Position numbers and translations under genes: made by a program. 64,000 nt of DNA from Kiritimatiellia bacterium. Its GTDB lineage: Bacteria > Verrucomicrobiota > Kiritimatiellia > JAAZAB01. Below, one piece after another: positions 58,301-64,000 of this stretch; position 1 is the stretch's first letter; each line of letters opens with the position of its first letter. The stretch covers positions 1 to 64,000 of the forward strand of contig JAXGPF010000005.1 in assembly GCA_040767085.1 (NCBI GenBank). The letters are read 5' to 3'. The notes beneath the pieces were generated by a model. That model was not told the DNA's origin. It worked only from the letters and a program-made list of their open reading frames with translations, and did not search any database.

Positions 58301-58943
58301 TGGCGGCCGCGTCCCGGCTGTCTGAGAAATGAACATACAGCCGGTTGCCAGCCGGGTCATGCCAGTAAGCGCCGGGCAATTCATCCGCCAAGGCGGCCGA
58401 AGGCACGCGCTGCAATTCTATATTCCGCAGGTTTTCCCACACTGTGGCCAGGACCGGATAAGGGCTGGGCGCCGACCATAAATAACGCCACTTCGGCGCG
58501 CGCTGAAAATCATCCAGGACCGGCGCGCCGCTGATGATCACCCGGCTGCGCGGCGCGGCCATGATCCGGATCGGCCGGCCGGGCGCGCCGGTTTGCGGCC
58601 GGCGCACATTGATTTCCAGTTGCGGCTCAAGGTATTCGCCTTCGCCGATGAGCAGCGTGTCGCCCGCCTGCAGTTCCGGCAGGCCGCGCCGGATGGTGCG
58701 CCAGGCGGAGGCGGGCGACAGCCCGTCGGCGGCGTCATCGCCGGCGTTCGCCACGTAAAAAGTCCGGCCCGGGGCCAGCAGCGGGCCGCAGCCGTAATCC
58801 TCCTCACGCCAGGCGGCCGGCTCAGCCAACTGCCGCAGCGTCTCCGATTCCTGGTTGGTTTCCATCACTTCCGCTTCCATGACCGCCCCCGGAGCGGCGG
58901 CGCCCAGGCACGTTCCAATCAAAATCAATCCGCCGAGACGCAT
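55395..58943 (-). CDS. Large secreted protein with three right-handed beta-helix (pectate-lyase-like) modules and an FN3-like linker
   Basis: Three YV/YI..G.D.A.G....A[WF]RT starts and three [YF][RH]L..DSP ends; signal peptide MRLGGLILIGTCLGAA. Confidence 0.78.
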   Translation of the reverse strand: MRLGGLILIGTCLGAAAPGAVMEAEVMETNQESETLRQLAEPAAWREEDYGCGPLLAPGRTFYVANAGDDAADGLSPASAWRTIRRGLPELQAGDTLLIGEGEYLEPQLEINVRRPQTGAPGRPIRIMAAPRSRVIISGAPVLDDFQRAPKWRYLWSAPSPYPVLATVWENLRNIELQRVPSAALADELPGAYWHDPAGNRLYVHFSDSRDAAANRGVRLMPVTAAAQQYAFPEAYLEGAGALGGPRDVRHGLRIHGDYVLVQGLWFKHHMESVVVGANASFRTGAPVPGLDRPLGGQHNTIEDCVFFANENAGVLLTVGAERCLVRNNVFLSGGFRGACFTQNARNNLIRRNLVHVRPPSSRVRTWASGSVLANYGGTLNAASNHWADNVVAGHSLLEWKPVSPGAIVQGNVFAGLYCSGTRGLAPDSRVVLRNNLIGPNIAWEGAPLGPGGVGGDWAAPDRAFINNAGGLGDAAAMQAARFADPAWHDYRLQSDSPLRGAGLNGYNRGPVPRQTTSVYYIGPGGNDAAAGTSERLAFRTFQRAVAALHPGDALYVLPGHYTEQLVVDRGGTEGAPVAVRAYGRGPAVLPAAEIRAPHVELAGFAIDGSRLPRAAVAPSSAVAVLAPRVALRECLVRRAAAGVHARQAPYLALYRLTIIECDRGLVLAESSTCAEVRECVIAGNRLAQTEVDGDSRAGYAAGQNCYFGPGLHRPEAEECGSLAAPPVFENPAADDFRLRWDSPTAFIAPDGQPPGAAGGVPRAPQIADAQVVRTWPTAALLHWTTPFDDTVCRVEFRPAAGGAWQTSRATAQGTVHGAGLSSLQPAAEYVCRIVAVGRRGGERIGELLGFTTPAAADAPPAQTYYVAPDGDDAAYGQAPDKAWRTLRKACATAGPGDKVLVAAGTYRDVIRPLLGGTADQRLVFRRQGAGAVVVDGEFYAAPLVLLAGCDHVTIDGFTFIHAPSGDRSGLFRFDDCQGVELLNCRMEAMTRDVGILAAVSDCRDLRLEGNLFWGGAYHLRLDGRCRNVLVRNNTFARVNIYHAVITAGTDGARFVNNIFYLPCSPKKNNPRYYLRGEVKNFSSDYNLFFSPHAHQLAIGQFQNNARVTTLLARDLDEWRNLTGHDRHSLAADPLFELMPVGHGETNANFHLRPDSPAVGAGENGADIGAFPADQRVPGRVG

Positions 58944-59040
58944 TGTGAATTTCTCCGCGCGCATGCCATCTATCTTGAAAACCCGGAAAAGTCTGCCATC
59001 GTCCGCCGTGAATGGCAAGCGCAAACGCGGTGGATAGGGA

Positions 59041-59070
59041 TTGACAGACAGCGCCCTCCATGCATATTAT
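59041..59070 (+). promoter_or_regulatory. Sigma70-type promoter
   Basis: TTGACA-N18-TATTAT, 47 nt upstream of the 59118 ATG. Confidence 0.6.
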
Positions 59071-59117
59071 GCGCCCGTTAATCCACGCAGGCTGCTGCGT
59101 CACGGAAAGGAACCACG

Positions 59118-60017
59118 ATGTATTTCACCGGATTCGCGGACGAGGCCGGCAAGGAACTGGGGACTCAAATCAAGGTCACCCGGGAACTGGGCTGGCAAAA
59201 CATCGAAGCCCGCGGCATCCAGGTGGACGGCTTCCCCGCCGGCAATCTGCATGACATCCCGGACGCCGCTTTCGAGCGGGCGGCGGAACAGCTTGCGGCC
59301 GCCGGCGTGCAAATCAACTGCTTCGGCTCGGCCATCGGCAATTGGGGCAAGAAAATTGACGAACCCTTCGATTCCTCGCTCGCGGAAATCCGCCGCGCCA
59401 TCCCCCGCATGCAGCGCCTGGGCACGAAGCTGGTGCGCATCATGAGTTTTGCCGTGCGCGACGGCGATGATCAGATGGAAAACGAGCGCTTCCGGCGCGT
59501 GCGCGAAATCCAGCGTATGTTTTCCGATGCCGGGCTGACTCCGGTGCATGAAAACTGCATGAATTACGGCGGTATGGGCTGGCCTTTCACCCTGAAATTG
59601 CTGGAAAACGTGCCGGGGCTGCAACTGGTGTTCGACACCGGCAACCCCATATTCAGCGATGACCGCAGCCGGCCGCCGCCCTACCCCAAACAATCCTCCT
59701 GGGAATTTTACCGCCATGTGCGCGACCGGGTGGTTTACATCCACATCAAGGACGGCCGGGTAGATCCGGCGACCGGCCAAAGGACCTATACCTATCCCGG
59801 CGAAGGCGAAGGCGACGTGCGGCGCATCATACAGGACCTGCTGGAACGCGGCTACGACGGCGGCATTTCCATTGAACCGCACATGGGCGCGGTTTACCAC
59901 GATCCCGCCTCCCGGCATGCTTTGAATGCGCCTGATATTTACGTGGAATACGGGCGGCGCATGATGCGCATGGTGCGGGAACTTCAGGGCGAAGCCCCGC
60001 GGGCCGGCCGCGCTTGA
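59118..60017 (+). CDS. Sugar phosphate isomerase/epimerase (xylose isomerase-like TIM barrel)
   Basis: TGFADE, VHEN, FDTGN, IHIKD, GEGEGD and ISIEPH. Confidence 0.9.
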   Translation: MYFTGFADEAGKELGTQIKVTRELGWQNIEARGIQVDGFPAGNLHDIPDAAFERAAEQLAAAGVQINCFGSAIGNWGKKIDEPFDSSLAEIRRAIPRMQRLGTKLVRIMSFAVRDGDDQMENERFRRVREIQRMFSDAGLTPVHENCMNYGGMGWPFTLKLLENVPGLQLVFDTGNPIFSDDRSRPPPYPKQSSWEFYRHVRDRVVYIHIKDGRVDPATGQRTYTYPGEGEGDVRRIIQDLLERGYDGGISIEPHMGAVYHDPASRHALNAPDIYVEYGRRMMRMVRELQGEAPRAGRA

Positions 60018-60119
60018 ACGGAACGGCAGCAGCCAATCTTACAGGAACAGGAACGGCGGAAGCGCAGGCCGGCCGCGCCCCGCCAATCCCAGCGACTTGT
60101 GAAAGCAACCGGCGCGACA

Positions 60120-60908
60120 ATGAATATCCTGGGCCGGATCGGGGCGCGCGCCATCGCCCGGCTGGCGGGGATCAATTACCTGGCGGCCGCCGCCGGAACG
60201 CTGCTCTGGCTGGCCTGGCAGCCCCGGCACTGGCCGCGCACCACCCGTAATGTTTTCGCCCGCCAGCTTTTATTCACCGGCTTCGAGGCCTTGAACTTTG
60301 TGGCGCTGGCGGCGCTGATGGCCGGCATCTCGGTGGTGGTGCAAGCCCAATTATGGCTGGGCAAGGCCGGCCAGACCGAGCTGCTTGGCAAAATCCTGGT
60401 CATGGTCATCATCCGGGAACTGGGTCCGCTGCTGGTGAATTTCATCATCATCGGCCGCAGCGGCAATGCCATCGCCACGGAACTGGCCGGCATGAAAATC
60501 AATGGCGAAATCCAGGTGCTCGAGTCGCAGGGAATCGACACTTTGCTGTATCTGGCCATGCCCCGCGCCCTGGCCATGGCGCTGGCGGTGCTGTGCCTGA
60601 CCGTCTGGTTCATTGTCATTTCGTTCGCCGGCGGTTATATTTGCGGCATCCTGGCGGGCGTCGGCGCCGGCGATCCGCTGATTTTTCTGGACAGCGTGCT
60701 GAAGGGACTGCGGCCGGCGGATGTCTTCAACCTGCTCTTCAAGACCCTGGCCCCCGGCATGGCGACGGGCATGATTTGCGTGATGGAAGGCTTAAGCGTC
60801 AAAACCGCCTTGACGGAAGTGCCGCAAGCCGCGACGCGCGCCGTCGTCGCTTCAATCGGAGCGCTCTTCGTCATTTCCGCCATGATTTCCGTGATCACTT
60901 ATTTGTAA
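60120..60908 (+). CDS. MlaE-family ABC permease
   Basis: IRELGPLL, GRSGNAIATELAGMK...EI..L...GID...YL..PR and VPQAATRAVV. Confidence 0.9.
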   Translation: MNILGRIGARAIARLAGINYLAAAAGTLLWLAWQPRHWPRTTRNVFARQLLFTGFEALNFVALAALMAGISVVVQAQLWLGKAGQTELLGKILVMVIIRELGPLLVNFIIIGRSGNAIATELAGMKINGEIQVLESQGIDTLLYLAMPRALAMALAVLCLTVWFIVISFAGGYICGILAGVGAGDPLIFLDSVLKGLRPADVFNLLFKTLAPGMATGMICVMEGLSVKTALTEVPQAATRAVVASIGALFVISAMISVITYL

Positions 60909-60946
60909 GGAATTAGGCTGAACGCGCCGGCGCCAAAGGAAACGGC

Positions 60947-61642
60947 ATGCCAGAATCTGAAGTCATTTTAGATTTCGACCGGGCGCTGCCAGCGCCCCTG
61001 CCGGGGCAGACCCCGATGGAGGAGTTTACCCTGCAACTGCGCGCCGGCGAAATCCTCCTGGTGCGGGTGGAGCCAGGCAACGAACAATTGCCCCTGGCCG
61101 ATGCCGCCCTGGGACTGGCGCCTCCGGCGCGAGGCCGGGTGCTGTTCCTGGGGACCGACTGGCAAGCTGCCGCGCCGGATGCAGCTTTAAGGATGCGCGC
61201 GCGCATCGGACGGGTTTTCGACCGCAGCGGCTGGATCAGCAACCTGGACGTCATCGAAAACATCACCCTGGCCCAGCGCCACCATACCCGGCGGCCCATC
61301 GCCGAGATCGAGGAGGAAGCGCAGCAACTGGCGCGGCAGTTCGGTCTGGCGGGCGTGCCCCCGGGCCGTCCGGCCGGCGTGCCGCACCGGGACTTGCGCC
61401 GGGCGGAATGGGCGCGGGCATGGATGGGCCGGCCGGACCTGGTCTGCCTGGAGCGGCCGGGCCAGGGCGTAGCCAATGAACACATCGCCGGCCTGGCGGC
61501 CGCCGTCCGTCAATTATGCGCGCGCGGTGGAGCGGCGCTCTGGATCGCCGGCGACGCCCGGGAAATCGAGGCGGTCGGCGCGGGAGCAAATATTCGGCGC
61601 CGGGCCATGCGCGGCCCGGCGCTGTCGGAGGAAAACTTATGA
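60947..61642 (+). CDS. MlaF-position ABC ATPase-like protein with degenerate catalytic motifs
   Basis: ABC fold landmarks (GEIL, P..G.V..LG, SNLDVIENI, ARA...PD) but no recognisable Walker A, Walker B or LSGGQ. Confidence 0.72.
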   Translation: MPESEVILDFDRALPAPLPGQTPMEEFTLQLRAGEILLVRVEPGNEQLPLADAALGLAPPARGRVLFLGTDWQAAAPDAALRMRARIGRVFDRSGWISNLDVIENITLAQRHHTRRPIAEIEEEAQQLARQFGLAGVPPGRPAGVPHRDLRRAEWARAWMGRPDLVCLERPGQGVANEHIAGLAAAVRQLCARGGAALWIAGDAREIEAVGAGANIRRRAMRGPALSEENL

Positions 61643-62436
61643 ATACAGCCTTTAAATTCCGGTTTGTCAACGAAATCACCGGCGCCTTCGTCCTGTTGGC
61701 CGTGGCGGCCCTGGCGGCGGGCATTTTTTTCGCCGGCCGGGCGCAAGGCCTGTTTGAGCCGAAATTTCACCTGCACGCGCGGTTTACCACTGACGAAGGC
61801 AGTTTCGGCTTGAAGCGCGGCGCCGAAGTCCGCATCCGCGATACCGCCGCCGGCAGCGTTATCCGGCTGGCGCCGGACGCTGAAGGCAACATCCAGGCCA
61901 CCTTCGAAATCAAGGAGAGTTTCCATGGATTTGTGCGCACCAGTTCCCGCGCCGTGGTCCGCAAGACCCTGGTGGTGGCCGGCGACGCCTACGTGGAAAT
62001 CCTGGTCGGCAGCCGCCAGGATCCGCTGCTGCCGCACAACGCTTTGATCGAATGCGTCAAAGACACGGAAATCATCGGGCAGGCGATGAAACTGCTGGAC
62101 GACCTGCGCGCGCAAACCATCCCGGCGCTGGAAAAACTGAGGGAGTTCCTCGACCAACTCCCCGCCGTTGCCGCGCAAACCACCGGCACGCTCGCCGCCG
62201 CCGAGACGCTTCTGCGCGTGGAAGCGCCGGCTTTAACCAGGCAAACCCGCGCCACGCTCGGCGCCGCCGAAGAACTCCTGCGTCGGGAAGCCCCCGACCT
62301 GGCCCGGCAAACCCAGGACACGCTCCGGGAAACCCAAAAAATTCTCGATGGGTTGCAACGCCACTGGCTCCTGCGCAAGTACATGCCCCCGCCGGAGCAT
62401 GACCTGCTGCTGGCGCCGGAGGGCATCGGCCCATGA
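61639..62436 (+). CDS. MlaD/MCE domain protein
   Basis: N-terminal TM helix; GLKRGAEVRIR...GSV, GDAYVEI..G; C-terminal helical region. Confidence 0.88.
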   Translation: MNTAFKFRFVNEITGAFVLLAVAALAAGIFFAGRAQGLFEPKFHLHARFTTDEGSFGLKRGAEVRIRDTAAGSVIRLAPDAEGNIQATFEIKESFHGFVRTSSRAVVRKTLVVAGDAYVEILVGSRQDPLLPHNALIECVKDTEIIGQAMKLLDDLRAQTIPALEKLREFLDQLPAVAAQTTGTLAAAETLLRVEAPALTRQTRATLGAAEELLRREAPDLARQTQDTLRETQKILDGLQRHWLLRKYMPPPEHDLLLAPEGIGP

Positions 62437-62506
62437 CTGCCGGCGCCGCGGCCGAACCGCGGTTTGAACATTCCGCATTCAGAACAAATCAAACAGCGAG
62501 CCAACT

Positions 62507-63439
62507 ATGAAAAATATCCTCCATAGCATCAGGCTATGCCTGTGCTTGTGCGCCGGCGTCTTGGCCCTGGCCGGTTGCCGTACCCCGCCGCCCCAGCGGC
62601 TGGACCCGGCCATCGAGCGGGAAGCCGCCGCCGGACGCAGCGCCTATGCCGCCGGATCGCTCGACCGCGCCGCCGTCTCTTTCGAGCGCGCCCTGCAGCG
62701 CGCCCGCCTGGTGGATGACAGCGCCGAAATCGCCCGCAACGCTTACAACCTGGCGGCTTGCCTGTCCGCGCTCCAGCGCTGGGATGATGCCGCCCTCCGC
62801 CTGGATGAAGCCGCGGCTGCCGCCGGCCCGCCGGCGCCGGCGGAATTCGTCATGCTGCGGATCAAGATTTTACGCGGCGCCGGCCGGACCAACGACGCCA
62901 TTGCGCACGCTCGCGGCTGGCTGGATGACAGCCGCCGGTCTCCCCGTGCCGCTGAACGCCGGCCGGCCATGCAGGTTTTGCTCGCCGACATGCTGTGCGA
63001 TGCCGGCGACCAGGCGGGCGCCGCGTCGGCGCTGGCGCAGGTTTCGGAACAATCGGCCGCCACCGCCGATCGCCTGACCCATGCCGATTGGCTGCGCACC
63101 CGGGCCCGGATCGCCGCCGCCAAGGGCGACCAAACCGCCGCCGGTCATTTATTCGACCAGGCCGCGGAAACTTGCCGGCAAGCCGCCCGTTATGCGGTCA
63201 TGGCCGCCTGCCTGGCCGACGCCGGCCGCGCTTATGCCGCGCAGGGTGAACGCGCCGCCGCCGCCGACCGCCTGTACCGCGCCGCCCGCAGCCTGCACGA
63301 GCAAGGCGCGCCGGCCCCGGCCCGGGCCCTGTTGGACCAGGCACGTCCTCTGGCCAGCGGCACCGCGCGCCAACTCATTGAAAATCTGGCCGCTGAAATT
63401 GACCAAGCCGATCAGGATGTCCAGAACGTCCAGCCTTAA
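62507..63439 (+). CDS. TPR-like lipoprotein
   Basis: Lipobox LAGC; Ala-rich helical repeats (AYNLAACL). Confidence 0.7.
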   Translation: MKNILHSIRLCLCLCAGVLALAGCRTPPPQRLDPAIEREAAAGRSAYAAGSLDRAAVSFERALQRARLVDDSAEIARNAYNLAACLSALQRWDDAALRLDEAAAAAGPPAPAEFVMLRIKILRGAGRTNDAIAHARGWLDDSRRSPRAAERRPAMQVLLADMLCDAGDQAGAASALAQVSEQSAATADRLTHADWLRTRARIAAAKGDQTAAGHLFDQAAETCRQAARYAVMAACLADAGRAYAAQGERAAAADRLYRAARSLHEQGAPAPARALLDQARPLASGTARQLIENLAAEIDQADQDVQNVQP

Positions 63440-63477
63440 ATGGCGGGCAGTCCCGGCAAATTCGACCCAGGCCGAGC

Positions 63478-64000
63478 ATGGAAACCATTACCCCGCCAAC
63501 TTCGCCGGCCGTCCCGGCATCCTGCGCCGGCATTCCGGCGGCCGCCGCCTGCCTGAGGGCCGGCGGCCTGGCGGTCTTTCCCACCGAGACGGTTTACGGA
63601 CTGGGCGCCATTTATAACAATCTGCCGGCGCTGGCCCGTATTTTTGAAATCAAAAACCGGCCGCGTTTTGATCCGCTGATCGTGCATATCGCCGACCTGG
63701 CACAGATGGCTGGCCTGGCCGCCGCGATTCCGCCGGCCGCCCTGGCCCTGGCGGAAAAATTCTGGCCCGGCCCCCTGACCCTGGTGCTGCCAAAACGCGA
63801 CTGCGTCCCCGACCTGGCCACCGCCGGCATGCCCAGTGTAGCCCTGCGCATGCCCCGGCATCCGCTGGCGCTGGAACTGATCGAAAGCGCCGGTGCGCCG
63901 CTCGCGGCGCCCAGCGCCAACCGGTTCGGCGGCATCAGCCCGACTACCGCCGCGGCGGCGCGCGCGGAACTGGGGGCGGCCGTGGAGATTTACCTGGACG
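63478..64000 (+). CDS. tsaC: Threonylcarbamoyl-AMP synthase (Sua5/TsaC), truncated by the window end
   Basis: VFPTETVYGLG, KNRPRFDPLIVH, FWPGPLTLVL and AAPSAN. Confidence 0.92.
   Translation, partial: METITPPTSPAVPASCAGIPAAAACLRAGGLAVFPTETVYGLGAIYNNLPALARIFEIKNRPRFDPLIVHIADLAQMAGLAAAIPPAALALAEKFWPGPLTLVLPKRDCVPDLATAGMPSVALRMPRHPLALELIESAGAPLAAPSANRFGGISPTTAAAARAELGAAVEIYLD

Overview
GC-rich bacterial chromosome segment. It is probably PVC superphylum, Kiritimatiellae/Lentisphaerae-like; this is an inference from gene content and secreted beta-helix/FG-GAP proteins, not a database result. The housekeeping backbone includes tRNA-Gln, wrbA, ferredoxin, comM/yifB, pdxB, rlmN, deoB, class II nrdJ with NrdR-like boxes, pgpA, wcaJ-like, HU, kdsD, a ClpX-like ATPase, queC, bamD-like, lptE, rpsT, tRNA-Glu, mlaE/F/D-like genes and tsaC. 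Two accessory regions interrupt it. The first (~7.1-13.2 kb) holds an MNT pseudogene, an integrase-less integron remnant (one attC, one complete cassette, and a GH172/DUF2961 gene in cassette position), two methyltransferases and a phosphatase. It also holds an intact HUH/Y1 (RAYT-like) transposase with a C-terminal HTH, bounded by perfect 21-bp inverted repeats; related end motifs recur at other junctions of the island. The second (~39-51.6 kb, with a further large gene at 55.4-59 kb) encodes large secreted carbohydrate-active-like proteins and carries an ISL3 insertion. Other notable items are an IS1202/ISNCY-type element with a 15-bp target duplication, a highly structured ~280-bp non-coding element at the end of rlmN, a REP-like hairpin cluster, and an ABC ATPase with all catalytic motifs degenerate. 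Gene calls come from motif recognition only; no searches were run.
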